Shown: in pieces, positions 11,277 through 24,900 of the stretch
Numbering within the stretch: position 1 is the first letter of the stretch
How the letters are laid out: the number at the start of each line of letters is the position of its first letter
NCBI GenBank assembly: GCA_036172245.1
Contig: JAYWIR010000034.1
Location: 806,001 to 870,000, forward strand
Length of the DNA stretch: 64,000 nt
Reading direction: 5' to 3'
Source of the DNA: Raillietiella orientalis
Taxonomy: Eukaryota
Program-made: the position numbers and the translations under genes
The notes under the pieces: generated by a model
What the model saw: the letters and a program-made list of their open reading frames with translations, nothing else
Told to the model about the DNA's origin: nothing
Database searches by the model: none

Positions 11277-13700
11277 ATTTTTTTCTTTCTTTCTTTTGGT
11301 TCGCCGAGTGCTCAAGAAACCTTCCTCCTCTTAGGGGGTGCTCACGAAACTCTTTGACACTGTCCACGCCAACCTAGGGTGCGTGTAATTCATCAAGTTA
11401 TAGGGAGTACGCCGAAGGGACCACCCTATGAATCCAGGTAGGCTCCGGAAAAAAATGTCCATTCCTCTTATGCTTGGTAGGAGAACCTCCAAGGGAACCC
11501 TCGCCCTGGTTGTCTCCAAAGAGAACTACCTCTTCCATATTCTTTCTGGAGGGAACCTGGAAAGGATTTGATTCTGGAATTTCTTCTCCGGAGGAAACCC
11601 GCAAGGGAAATGCTCTCTGTATCCCCCGAAGAGGACCCCGAGGGGACGGTTCCCAATTTCTCTGAAGGGCTCTCCCCGAAAGGAGGAGCGCGCTTCTGAC
11701 ACTCTAGAAAGGCAACCCTCTGAGGGGGATATCAACTGGTTTCATGGTGTGGCTCCAGTTTCACAGCCGAAGGGAGCCGGCTCCTTGGTTCCTGGAAGGA
11801 TCCTGAAGGGTCGACTTCCAGCCCCAGCCAGTCAACGGCACTGGTTTCCACTAGTGCCGCACCTGAAGCTCACGGACCAGCCAACGTCATCCTGCACAAC
11901 GGACTCGAAACCCAGGACGCATCCCGCATTTGTGGATCTTTCCCCGGGCGGGATTCGAATCCGTGACGATCGGTGCGAAGTGCATAGGCAGCAGCTGCAT
12001 GGCTGCCAGCGCTGGAGGCTTTCATGGGCACGTGGGTCGCGGCCTCGCAGAAATTCGGTTATCACGCTACCAAAGTGGTCCAGGCGCATCACCGAATGCA
12101 AGTGGAGGTTCATCGCAGCATCCATCTGGCTGATTTGGCTTTATGGGTTTCGAGCGCCGCTGCTGAACTCTTCGGATGAGGAAGCTGATCGTCGTAATGA
12201 TCAGGGTGTTTCCAGATTCTCAGGGACTCTTCCCGACGGTCCGTTCATGACGGCAAGAAACTGCAACCTGATCCGTTGGGGAGCTCCATCTCTTGCCTTA
12301 GCCAAATCCACCAGGAGAGAAGTGATTTAACCAGATCAGAAGATGAAAGCCATGGCCCTGTGGTTCGCTGAGGACCCGTAAGTCCAGAATTTCGGCATCT
12401 CTAAGGAACGGAGAGAGTGGTGGTCTCGGTCACTCGGGAGGTGCCACAGTGGCGCGTCCCTTTTCAGACGCCCATCAACTCTTTGGGCAAATTTTCACGA
12501 GAAGCATTCCCTTCATGTCGGACCGGTGACCGGCCGGCAGATGGGAGGCTGCGCCTTCGGGAGAGCTGTGTTCATCCCTGAAAGTGAAAGGGGAAGGCAC
12601 GAAAAACGAACGGAAGCTCCACGCAACCGCGGACGAAGATCTCTTGAAGGCTGTGCTCTTAAAGCGCAGGGCTCCTCTTTTCAGCCCCCACTCGTGAGGG
12701 GGTACAGCGAGAAGGTTCTTTCTTCGGACCGTTCCTTCCGTATATTTGCCAAGGCGAGGCTGCAGGTCTAGAGGTGCTTTCAGCGAGGGCGCTAACGCCC
12801 ATCCGATGCTGCCCACATGCATCCTGGCATTCCTGCTGGATGTTTGAGTCCATCACTTTCTTTTCTTCTTTTTCACCTGGCGGGCCTCCTTCGGGGGTGA
12901 AAGGTAGGACTGTCCCTCCTTCGATTCTGGAGCTGGGGCAACCCCCATCACCACCTCTAAATGCTCCAGCCTTCGCGACCATGGTTGACAGCTCGTCACA
13001 TCGGTAATTTTCGTCGTTGGCGCAGCGTGCGAGGATGGCGTCCCGGGGATCTCATCCTCTCTGCACACCTCCGACACACACGATCAGCTTCGCGCCTAGT
13101 GGGCGATGCCCTCACTGGAAGTTAGTCGCGCCACGGGAGCACATCCAGAGGTGATCTCGCCCGTCGAAGGGAAGCGGCCCGACCCACGATTCCTCCTGAC
13201 CCTTGATCTGAGCTTCCGCGGAGAGGGAATTTCGCGCCGCCTTGAGCTAGACAGTGCTCGAAGCCGAGGTCATTTTCTTGCCCGTCTGCCTATCAGGCGT
13301 GGGATCTCCCAACATAATGGGCGCGCTGCGTTTCCAAACGGGCGCACTTTACCTCCGTCCAGTCGGACACGCTCGCCTGCTCACCGCTCGAGTGCTTTCG
13401 ATGCCGCCACTGGGTCTGCCCCATTTTTGTCTGACGAAGACGGAAGGTGCTGCCGCTACCGGGCTGGGCATCAAATTCTACTGCGATCTTTCTCTTTCGT
13501 TAACATCCAGAATTCGCTCCGAGCGCTCGGAGGCAGATGCCCCGTGAAGAGACTGCCACAGATCTTTTCTAAGTGGTCCTTTGGACGTTTCCACCCCACC
13601 CCACCCACCTTTGTATCTATAGCTCCTGCTCTTTTACTGATGATGTCAGCTTCAGTTCCGTCGGAAAAATATCGTGCAAGGGTCTCACCCGAGGCGGCGG
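11277..13700 (-). mobile_element. Degenerate RLE-type non-LTR retrotransposon (NeSL/Utopia-like), copy 2
   Basis: RT remnants 'QKWGRPSGGIES' (cf. QKGFxPxDGxxEH), 'SRIEGGTVLPF', 'AASPWQ', frameshifted 'FIF*S..LNHF' (cf. FIHRARLN), 'PDGCCDEPPLAFGDA', 'QDDVGWS'. 3' UTR clearly similar to 8215-8830; A-rich tail at 11277-11297. Confidence 0.6.
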
Positions 13701-13779
13701 CTGTCTCAGTGCTTCCGATTACAAAAGAATTCTTTGCTCTGTTGGCTGCTGGACTTTTTCCGTCCTTTCGTTACTGAGA

Positions 13780-15650
13780 GTGCTATTTAAAGCCAAGTGT
13801 TTCCCTGAGGAAGGAGGGGGTCTCCTTTGCACAACTGAGGGGAACCCCGAAGGTAACCGGCTACCTGATTCCTGGAAGAACCCCCAGAGGGTCGACTCCC
13901 GATCCCTGCCACTCATCGGGGACATCCAGTTTTTCAGCTGCCAGTGCCGCACCCGAGTGCAGGCCAACCCATCAGCCATCTTTCAGAAGGAACTCAGAAC
14001 CCATTTTTCTGGCGTCGATTCTTTCCGAGTATTCGAACGCGGACAGATTCTTTGGATCCCTGCCGCCTTTCTGTTCTCCCTCTTCTGCGATTCGCAAGCC
14101 GACCCACCCCGGTCGTGAACTGTTAGAACTCTGGCAAGGTCCCTCGCGAAACCACCGCAGGATCTCCTCCAAATGCAGATTGCTTTCTTGCAATGATCGG
14201 AACGCAGTATTCGATCTTCATCGGCCCGCGCATCCATCCGGAAGTCGGTTTCGCATCCCAGGAACACCTCGTTGCAATCATTCTTCTCCGTTCTCTCACG
14301 TCTTCTCTTTCTGTTCCTCAGAGATCGTCAGGGTGCTGTCCCTGTGAAGCACCAAAACCCCAACTCTGGCCAGAAGTACGAGTGAAGAGGGGTCACTCCC
14401 AGCCTCACGCGTGCTGGAGACAAACTGGAAATTCGGTCAGCTCCAACTGGGTAGGGAGCAATGCAGATGTCTACTTGTCCCGGGAGGGAATGAATGGACA
14501 CGGAGGACTGGCTTAGGATGATCAGAATACAAGGTACGTGGATGTCCGATTTTGAGGGCGGCAGGTTCGAATCTTCGAGATCATCTCTGGAATGGCGCTT
14601 GCGGTTATGCAGGGCCGTCTCGGTCGCTGGTACTGCTTGCATCTCCAGAAAAAGAGGAAGGTGACCTTGAATCTTGTCTCGTCGGTTCTCATCTCACCAG
14701 AGTAGACTGAACCCTCTCTTTGGACCACTGATTTTTCTTTCCCGAGTCCTCCAAGCAGCACTCCAGCGACACGGACCGTTCACCATCGTGGAAGTCAGCC
14801 GTCTTGCAGGCATCACGACCCCTCTCGAATGAGAGCACACCTTGGGCAGCCCCCCTCTCACAGTGTGGTTCCTGCTGCCCTGAGGCCCTACTCCCCCCTT
14901 CCTTTCAAAAGGAAGCGATTTTCGATTGGGGGGGCAGCAGCCCCTTCGCTACCGGTTAAGAAGAAAAAACCACAGGGGAATTCATACCCTCCGAAAGGCA
15001 ACTTCAGGTCTCCCCCTTGCCCTTGGCGACCGAACGAGCGAGGAACGATGAAGGGGAGAATCCGTCCCGGTGAGTTCTCCGTCAAAACGCTGCGGAACAA
15101 GAATCATCAGGTTGGCTCCATCGCAGGTCCACCTGGAGATGCCCACCTACCCACATCCACAAAGACCTGGATGCGCATTGGTGCAGCATCTTCACTGAAA
15201 GGAGACTTACTTCCGAATCTCAATGCACAAGTGATTCCCCTCAGAGCTGCAGAGAACGACCCGATGCACCGTCCCTCCCAGGACTGCAGTTGGAGAGAAA
15301 TTCTTCCCCCAGGGAAGTCTCTTTCGCCCATTCGGCGTTTAGCAAGAGGAGAGGAGGATCTACAATGCTCCACTTAGTAGACCATCCTGAGGGATCCCAA
15401 TCAGCGTTCCAGGAGTCACACCTGTGGGGACGAGTAAACACATTGAATCCTGGAAGGGATTGAGGTTTCTAGACCGTCTGCCTCCAGGTCGCTTGCTTTG
15501 TTTGTAAACAAACCGTAGAATTGTTGGACTACCTATTCCGTGGAAAATCTGGGAGAATAAGGAAGTTGGGTTAATGGAAGAAAAATTTCTTTTCAAAGAG
15601 CAACGACGCATTTGACCTTGGAAAAAGGCAACACTGAAGAGTGGTACTCC
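13780..15650 (-). mobile_element. Degenerate RLE-type non-LTR retrotransposon (NeSL/Utopia-like), copy 3
   Basis: 'GIPQDGLLSGAL' (QG motif, ~15370-15400), 'LRFGSKS', 'LKLPFGG..FFFL..EG', and an RLE-like tail 'NTAFRSLQE..LEEILRWFREG...GGRDPKN..RIDARKMG' (cf. GSWDPxN). 13830-14010 aligns with 8625-8830. Confidence 0.6.
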
Positions 15651-15784
15651 CGTGGCAAATGGCATGGAGATGCTAGAAAAGAATCGAAAAAATTGATGAT
15701 TGTGGATTGTGGATCGATCCTTAGTCGAGTGTGGAATACAGAAAAGGGAATGAACAAAAAAAAGACTTCTGAAGAAACGAATGT

Positions 15785-16030
15785 TTTTATAATTTTTTTT
15801 GTTGGAAGGGCACCAAGGGCTGTCGCTTCATGTCTTTGCCCCTAGAGAAACCTACTTGAGATTGTGGGTGTGACGCAGAGCCTCCATGAGAAGGATCTGT
15901 CCTGTATGTATGAGGCAGGCTGGGGGTAGTTTTATAGATGGGAGTGAGGATGGAATGAGAATGGGTCAGGGTCTGTAAGGTTGGAGGGAAAATGATTGGT
16001 GGATTGTCATTGTGGATGGCCAATTCCTTA
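15785..16030 (-). mobile_element. Possible 3' terminus of another non-LTR element
   Basis: C/T-rich UTR-like stretch, then a GGGGCA...TGCCCT stem, then an A-rich tail (CAACAAAAAAAATTATAAAAAC). No coding remnant identified. Confidence 0.3.
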
Positions 16031-17899
16031 GTCCTGTCATCTTCTAGCTGTGCCAGAGAGCAGCACAGAAGACCCAGAAAAGTTTAATCAAAAACTCAAA
16101 ACTTGACATGTCTGCCGGGGAAGAAGACGCGACGGAGTTGGTCTCCTCAAGTTTGACCCATCAAATGTGGAATTGTGCGTTGTTACTCCTTCTTGCTGCT
16201 GCAGAAACCCCACCGGAATTGGCCGTCAATGGACTCGGGATCTTTGGCGATATTATAGGTCACATTTGCTTTGTCACGTAGTACTGGTCAGGAAGCAGGA
16301 GATTTCTGACATCTGTGGTTCCCCTGATTGTGAAGAGCAACTTGAGTCCGTAACTCCTCCCTCTTCTTCTCGGAAACGAGGAAATCGATCGATAGATCGT
16401 CTTCATCTGAGCCTCATTGATGAGCTGAGGTTTTTCCAGAGATGTTGAATCCTCGACAGCTTTTAATCCATCATGCGTAACTACGAAGGCATGAAAACGG
16501 CCATTTTGAAAATCACTGAATTTTAACAGCATACACAACATGTGCAGAAGGAATGACGACAGATGGCTGCTCAACCGTCTTCTGCGACCCTGAAAACAGC
16601 ATTCGGATAGAAAAAAAATCCAAATGACTCGGCGGGAAGAAAGCGAAAAACAGTGACTAAGCTACTCATCTTTTCTAAGGCATCTCCAGCTTGCATCCAT
16701 GACTTCGCTTCCATCCAAGAAGCTTTTTCCTATGATGTGCATGTCGCATTTTCGTATACCCAAATGACCCGAAAGCTGTGCTCTTTCGATGAAAGCAAGA
16801 AATAGAATCACCCAGGATTGTCGAAAAAGACATACTTTCCCATTCACTGCGTAATTCAGGAATCTTCAGCCTCAGGGAGCTGAAATATGCATCTCGCATC
16901 AATCGAGACGAAGCATCTGAGGCACCCAGATGTCATGAAGTTCGAAGGGTCTTCAGGGCGATTTATTAAGGGGTACGGGTTATCTTCTTTTTCAATTTCT
17001 TTCTTGCAAGAAAACTTCGGAGAGATACAGTGAGACAACAGTCCAAGACACCGGTTCTTTTATATACGGGAAAAAGGTTCTCTCTATAGGTCAGTGATCC
17101 CAATCTGTACTCAGATCGATATTATAAACTATCCTAGACTTCTTGTAGCACCGGAAGTAGTTTTTGGCGTAGCAGTAGCGTCAGTCACTCCCCTCTTAAG
17201 ACCTCCATTTTGAGAAGGCATGCCTTCATTCTCTTCCCGTTCCCTCCCTTTGACCCCGCTGAAATGATCTTACCTCCTCGTTTCCTTCAAAGGCAGCCCT
17301 AAGGAGACCCTGTATTCCTCTCAAGTTTCAGACTTTCCCATGGGCTAGAACCCTTTGATGTGTTTTCTAGAAAGTTTATTTGGCCTATCCTCAGAAGAAG
17401 CTGAGTCCTTTCCTTCTCTTCTCAGGCGGAATCAAACCTTCACTCTCCTTTGGAATTCCACCCTCCCTCATAAGCTCATTTCATCCTGCATCCAAACAGG
17501 ATCAGCGTTGCTAAAACGGCTCTTCCTATTATCTCTTTGTCGATTCTACGCTTCTACCGTTGCGGTAAGCCAACAGAGAGATTCTGAGTTTCGCTTCCAA
17601 AGCAGCAACCGTGCTCGCACATGTGGATCTCAGTCACCCACAGTGGTGGGGAGCTTCACCATTCATCAACACATTCACCTTCTCTGAGAGGAGCCTAGTC
17701 AATAACTAAGAACGATTTCTTCTGGAATCTTTAAACGCAACGCAACTGTAGACAGCAAAATCCCAGTACTCTGGAGATCGCAAACAGATGAGTTTCTTTG
17801 CAGAAAAGATGCAGGAAGGACCCTTGAGTAAGCGTATGGGATAACCGGAAATGAATGCAAAGTTTAGTAGGAGAACTCACCTTTCTGGTGTGCAGAGAG

Positions 17900-19900
17900 A
17901 TCTCAAGAAGCTGTCATACGAGAAGCAACCGTTCAGGAATCTAGGAGTCAAGATATGAGCGAGGATTTTGAATCAGGAAGGAACAAAGTACGCGAGCCCT
18001 CCCCTTGGATAAGAACATTACTGGACAAAAGGGAGTCATCTCCCAGGAGCTGCTGCCATTCGACTTCAGCGAATAGAAGGCGTCTCTCCCGTCCCACTGC
18101 AAGAAAGCAGTAGCAGCCATGTTGGAATCGGAGGCTCCACTAACGCAACTGCCAGTGGGGGAGTCCACATGACCCTTCAGAATTTCCGAAGGGCTCTGCA
18201 AGGCACGGTGCTTTCAGCTTGCCGATACCAAGAGAGGCACTTCTGTTTCCGCCAAGATCGGAAGACTGCAGGGGACCGCATGCAGGAGCGAGAATCTTGC
18301 TCGGCGCTGAGAGACGTCCTCCATGGCTGAATGAAAACCCTCCAACGCCTCCTGCAGCTCTCAGCAGGAAGGAGGGGACACCGCGTTCCTCGCAGAGCGC
18401 AACCCCGCGGGGAAACCGCATTATCCTTCTGAGCCCTCCCCGCTTCCCGGGGCTCCGGCTAGATCTCTCCCGTCTGATAACCAGTCGGCAGCTACCTCTG
18501 CCAACGTCCCTCCTGCTTCCCATCTCCCAGCCAAAAAATCATCTGCTTCCGGGTGTAACTAGGAGGAAGACTCTCGAAGCAAGAAGGCATTTCCTCTCTG
18601 GGAGACGGTAGGAGCTCCCTGGGTCAGTGGATCAAGCAGAGCCGTGATCGCGCCACCTCCCGACCGCTTCCGTCGAGGTGCAGCCTCCAAAGTCCTTGCA
18701 GGAATGCGTGTTCGTCTTGTTCTCGCTGTTGCCCCTGGAGCATCCCGTTATGACCATTTTGCAAGGTCCAACAAAAGGCATGTAAGAGCAGCGCTCCCAT
18801 GCATTATTACCGGTAGGTCAAGAGGGGACTTGGGTCCTCCTGAAGCTTTGCCAGGCTACGAAGAGCTAGTTTTTTGGATCGGGAGTTTTCTGGAAGCTCA
18901 AATTAAGCTCTCCAGCCATCTGGAGAGATACAACCCCGCCTTCCTCTTGCGCTACGTAGATCAGCTTGTCCTCGAGAACGCTATACGCAGGAGGTCCAGG
19001 AGATTTCCTCACAGTCCTGTTGTGTTCAAAGCCCCGGTCCAGAAACCTTCTCCATGAACTGACTTTCCCCCAGCCGGAAGCACAAAGGAGGGATCTATGC
19101 ATGTCCATGTAGGGGATTGGCTTCTCTGGGGGGATGGAGTTCCTGAAGTTTGCTGGTTTTTGTTTTAGCCAGTTCTGCCGCCGCCTCCTTTTCTGCTCGC
19201 GGGTCTTTCAAGGAGACATCAAGCTGCTCTTCTCCGCTTGTCCTGTCAGTCCAAACATCTCTCCCTCGTAAAGCAGCCCTCGGTCTTCACTCCATCTTCT
19301 TAACTGTTGATCAATGGTCTACCTCCTCGTCCATCCTCTCATTGATCTTGCGGTTGAGAAACCAATTCTGTAAAGAAAAAAGGAAAAACCTATGGGCGTC
19401 AGGATTGGATTGTCTTTGTTCACAACATCTCCTCCGAGGCACCTTCCAAAAACCATGGGACCTTCCTCTCGAGCGTTCCCACCCTCGATTCCCCCGCCAC
19501 GCAGACGAGCCCTAGGAATCGGACGTTGAGAAGAGTCTTGCGGATCGCTCTCTCTCCGGAAGTCCAAAGGATTCGTTTTTATTTGTGGATTCTCCCCTCA
19601 GAAACCTCAGCCGCCACGAACACGAAAAGCATGTGGAAGGGAGGTAAGGGGAGCGTCTCATGGAAACAGAACTGCCGGGAGACGTCCTTTACGCCTGTGG
19701 CAATTTTTGTTGGTGTTGTACAGAAAGAGCAACTGTCCTCTTGGCGCTCGACACCGTGGCGACAGGAAGAAAGGAGCTCCAGAGGATCGTTGCTCCCAGG
19801 ACTTCGAGAGAAGTGCATCTCTTCTACTTCTTTCACCCCCTTCTTCCCGTGAATCCAGATCCCCCCAGTCTGTGCTCGGAGTGTTTGCAAAATCGCCTCT
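17900..19900 (-). mobile_element. Degraded L1-like ORF2 remnant
   Basis: 'KSPGPP' followed by 'EEGGVVSLQ' (cf. KSPGPDG...GVISLI) in 18866-19108; 'LLLDLAK' near 18765. Many stops. Confidence 0.4.
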
Positions 19901-22900
19901 CTGCCACTCCTGCGGGCCGCTTCCGCAGATCACGCAATGGATTCCCTCGATTTTGCGGTGCTTTCTCCCTGGATCGGTCTGTCGCATTTCCTGGACGCGT
20001 TCGCGTGTGTGCCCTCGGAGAAATCAGCGAAGCCTCACTCGACTTCCTTCCGCAGCAGTCTCTTCCGGAAACGAAGCGGCGGGAAAGGCGCGTCCAGAAT
20101 CCCTGGACCGCTTCCTTCCTTCGTTCAGTCTACTCAGGTGAGCAGAAATCCTGCGTTCTCTCGCCGACTGACGGATGAGGACGGGAAGCCGGACGACGGG
20201 GATAGGATGAGGAGGGAAAAGAAACGCCGGCTGATCAGCGGAGAGAGCGGCGCCTCCCCTCGCTTCCTTTCGGGATGTGAGATTTCGCTTCCTTTCCCTC
20301 TCTCCCATCTGAGCTGAAGCGTCGTCAAAGCGGAAAAGAGAACGATGATTCTGTGGGGCGCTTTGGGATCGAAGCAATCCCTGTGACTGGTGGTTTCCAG
20401 AGATGAGGAAGAGGAAATGGGAAGCTGAGCCGCCGTCGGAGCGTGACCGGACGTGCTTGGTTCGGCGCAGCGGCTCGAGGAGTCGACCTTGCGACCGGTA
20501 ATTGGATTAGCGGACATCCGCATTTCCTTGATTCTGGAGAGCCGTCCGGGAGGCTCAGAGCTAGGGAAGAGAAGCAGGCGCACTGCTGCAAGCACGTGAA
20601 CAACCGCGTTGACGTACTCACCGGAGAAACTTCGAGTCTCGGAGCTCGACTTCGAAGCTGAGCTTGAACGAAAGACGAGTTCTCGTGTGGGAACAGCAGC
20701 TTCAGTGATTAAGTGGAGCTATAATTTCCAAGAACACCATTACTGGGGAAAAAGGGTTAAAGTACTTAATCGAGTGAATCTCCTGTAATGCGTCCGAACG
20801 GAGCGATGAGCATGCACTGGAATAAAAGATTGCAGCCGAGCAGGGATACTCGCGATCAAATTATGCTGCATCAGGATGTCGTCATGTTTAAACAAACAGT
20901 ACATTTTGTGTAAGAACAAGAGCAAGGTTGCTCATTAAAGAAACGCAGCGATGAATTCTCAGGAGAAAATACGAAAGGAGTCGTGCAAGGAGAATGAGTC
21001 GGAAACTTGGCTGCTCCATAGTAAAGAGAAACCCAAGAATTATTAATACAAATTACAGGAGCCTATAAAATTCCTCCTGAAGTTTAGCATGTTTGTTCGG
21101 TGTGTAAATTTCGGCAAGCACGAACGGATATACCCGAAGACATGAACATTCAAATCACAGACATAGTGACTGGGAAACAGCACGTAATGATACCAAAAGA
21201 TTGCACCTGAATAAAATTGAATCCTGAGGTTCATCACAATAATTTCAATTCGGATTTTGATTTTCTATAGAAAATTATCAATTCACTGCTACATAAAAGC
21301 GAATTAGTTTACCTCTAAAATGCAGTGCTAAGTCGAGCCTCGTACACACTTTAAAGAGATACTTTGAAAGGGTGCGCAACGCGGTCGCTGAATAAAAGTT
21401 AAGCCTATGCTGGATAAAAAGTTAAGCCTAACCCGAGCAAGTTTCTCAGGTTGCCAATGCCAACAACAAAGCGATTGTTCGTATGCGGAGTCTCGGATCT
21501 TAACCGGCGGCCTGATAACGTACGCTAAAGTGCAAAAGGTCTTGGGGAGTCACGGCCCTTTCGCTCCCGTCAGTTTCAGAGGAACATTTAGAAAATTTCT
21601 CGTATTATGAGAAAGGAAGGGAACGAGCAACTTGTTGATGCTGCAAAAGTGCGATAGCGTGAGCGTTCCGCGTTACCACGGATCCAGGTCAGACGCTCTA
21701 TGGAAGAGGCTTGCCGCAGTATGAGGCACAGTAGTAAGTTGAGGTGGTCGGGGAAGAGGGAAGGAGGTCCTGAAGAAGCAAGGGCAGGAGAGGGAAATGC
21801 GGGCCATTTGCCGTGGTCACCCTGGCGAGCTTCCACTCGAAGCGACACACAGGGAAATGTACGTGGAAGCGCTGCGAGCAAACGAGAGATGCGTGCGCCA
21901 CAGTGCAGTCTCAGCAGCCTTTTCGTCGCCCCCCGCTACAACGAGGCTCTTGGGGAGAGGAAAGTGGCATTCTGGCGGTGGGCAGAACTTGTGCGCGCGT
22001 GAGAGAGCCGCGTGTGAGCGAAAGCGCAGACGAGAAGAGCGGCATATGTAGAAGGAAGAGGCGTGCTCTCAAGTTCTTGGGTTTTGCCCAAGGACTTGAG
22101 AGCACGTACAAAAAGCAAACATTCCCCCTTTCCTTTCCATCGTTCAACCCCACCCCCTTCTTTTTCTCTCAACCCTTGCTCTGATAACCCCGCCGTAGCG
22201 TCTGAAAATTCGGTGGCAGGGCAGGCGGAGGGCTCGTGCTTTCCAGGGTGCCTTTTTCTCGGGATGAGTTGATAGGGGGAGTAGGGAGATGAATTTAAGG
22301 TCAGAGAGAACGGGGAAAACGAGGATGGGGAGAGGAGGCATCAGACAGCAAGTGTCTCGCCGGTGTGGAGCCAACGCTCCTATCAGGAACCACCCAACTG
22401 CCTCTGCTGAGAAATCTGCGGCTCCGAGAGTAGAATTCCAGCGATTGAGAAGCACAGGAGGGAGAGGAGAGAGGAAGGAAGAGATTAGGAGGAAACCACC
22501 GAGGCCGGAAGTCGAAGTTTTCGTGGAGGAGGAGTTACCTCCGAGATCCTCGTATCGAGCATCCTCCTTCCCGTGTTCGCAATTTTCAAGAAATTTATGG
22601 GTACTGGACGGTCGAGGTCCTCTCCTCCCGAGGGAGAGGCAGCTATCCTAAAGGTATCCCGGAAAACGATAAAGGCATTCCAGGGCAATGGAGGAGTGCT
22701 TCATCCCGGCGTCCAGATGCGTTCCCTTCCCCTTTCCCCACCTCCTCCGCCCCCCACGCCTCCTTCTCTTGCCTCTCCTCCCCCTTCATCCTGACTGCTC
22801 CAACATCCCTCGTAAATTTCTCTGATTTACCGCCGGTGCGCACCTGGCGTTGCCGTCGAGGGTCAGCAAATATTTGCGTCCCGAGGGGAGAAGACGCGGC

Positions 22901-23399
22901 TGCTCCCTCACATGTTCCCACGGCGAGACCGGAAGGAAGTGCGCGCGCACGAGCCCGGGAACAGGAAGGAAGAGAGAGAGTAAGACTGTGGAATGTTTTG
23001 GGTTTGTTCCGAAGTGCTGGAGCTCGGAGATTTCTGGACTGGAAAGAGGAGATAGAGGGAATGGCTTATGGGGATCGATGAACCCTTTGAGAGAGTCCGA
23101 CAGGGAGGGGTTTCACGAAGAGAAACGGAGGAGAAAGGTCAGCTGTTCTTCCTCTACTGAGCCCTCCTCACCCCATCTTTTTCCTTTTCTCTTCCTCTCG
23201 CTTATCTCCACAGCTCAAATCGGGAAGTGTTTGAGTGGTAGCATGTTGAGGGGACCACTCGAGTACAAAGACCACTCGCAGAGAGGTGGAGTGGAGCAGG
23301 ATATAGAGGAGTGTAGAAGAGGAGTGTCCGATCACCTTCGTCTCCTCTGATCCCTTCATTCTCGTTTCTGACACTCATCAGGAGGCTGGCTGTGCGAGA

Positions 23400-24900
23400 T
23401 CCCCAACGGCGAGAGGCAGCAGCTTGGACATGCCTGATAGTGCATAACATCAAGAAAAGCTCAGAAAACTCTCGAAGAGGAGTCTACACCTTCTTTAAGT
23501 GAAGGAGTCTGTCTGGTCTGATGAGAAAGCAGGATGAGGGAATCTTCGAGAGCCACTGCGAAGGAAGTCCACAGTCATCGGAGCTGGAAGGATACGGTCC
23601 GGCAGACGCTCCAAATCGATGCAACGTCCTCGCTCACTTCACCTTTTATCTTCTTTGGGGAGACAGCGTCACCGTAAAAACACTCCTTCTATAGTCCCCA
23701 GTGATGGGAGTGGCGCCGTCAGATTCTCTCTGGCTTCGACCACAAAACTCCTTCCCCTTTCCTAATACCAGCTTTGAATCTCTGCTTCTGTTCCCTCTCT
23801 TTCTACTCTCTCCAGGGAGCTAGCGGAATTCTTCGTTCGAAATAGACCGATGATCTTTCCTGTGATGGTAACCATTCCCTTCCCTGAAGGTTGATCATGT
23901 CCCGGATACTACTTGAGGACGAGGCATTCAGTTCTGAAAGGAAATGGAGGGGCGAGGCCGAAATCGGGGTGAAGTAGCGAATGAGGTGTCAGCAAAGGAT
24001 CTCTTCCTTCGTTTCCCAATGAATAGACATCTAAGAGCGGCTCTCACCACAAAGGGAGACCTTCGTCTATGAGAGAAAAGGAAAGCAGCGGGATCCTGGA
24101 AGCTCCTCTGATAAAAGAAGGAAAGCTGTGGAGCAGAGTGGGTCAGAAGAGTGGAGAAGCGGTTTCTGCCTCCCGGTCTAGGATGCTGACCTGTCCTCCT
24201 GAAGGTACCTATCGGAAGGAAAGGGATCCAATAAGGAAGGATCGAGTGGCAAAGGCAAATAGGCTTCTTCCTCCAGGAAGCTATGGAGAGCGAAGGAGGA
24301 AGGCGGCAACTTCTGATCAGAGACAGCAACTAGCCGCTTTCGTAAGTCCCTTCCACATTCCTTCCGCCACTGCGAGCACTTCCGGAAGGAGGAAACGGAG
24401 GAATTATGAGGAAAATGTGATGTGCATCTCAATGGGTGAATGTTCCAAGGGAGAGGGATCTCCTGGCTGAGGATACGCTCATTTCGTCCCAAGAGAGAGC
24501 TATCCTTCTCTTACGTTTGGATCATCTAGCAAGGGTGATGGCGTCCTCAGCTTGGATCAAGAGAAGCAGTAGGGATCTTCTGGGATTCCTGTAAAACACA
24601 GAGGGAAGAGTCGGTTGTCATGGACAGTGGGGCAGGCACACTCGACCTCCCACGCGATACCTTGGAGGTAGATGCCTGTAGGAATGACCGCTTGTCGAGG
24701 TGAGACTCAACTAGGTATAAATGAACGGAGGATCATTGGTACAAGAGCGTTCTGGAAAGGAAGAAGAGAAAGGAACTTTCAGGAGCACGGGAAAAAATGC
24801 AGTAGTCTGATCTGTTCGGAAGTGTTCTTCCCGAGATCCATGAAATCCGGCAAGCTTGTCTTGGGCAGGTGACGCTGATACCCCGAAAACTCCGGGCAGA
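23400..24900 (+). mobile_element. Degraded L1/Tx1-like ORF2 remnant downstream of and antisense to prospero
   Basis: GTC CTC AGC TTG GAT CAA GAG AAG = VLSLDQEK at 24543-24566 (cf. L1/Tx1 RT LSLDQEKAFD). Upstream decayed 'FDHK' (~23736) and PGL (~24170). Confidence 0.45.

Noticed and set aside
20134..20625. Minus-strand GTGAGT..CCCTAG 61-nt intron followed by an open frame
   Set aside because: Upstream frame is closed by a stop and the peptide is low-complexity with no recognisable homology.
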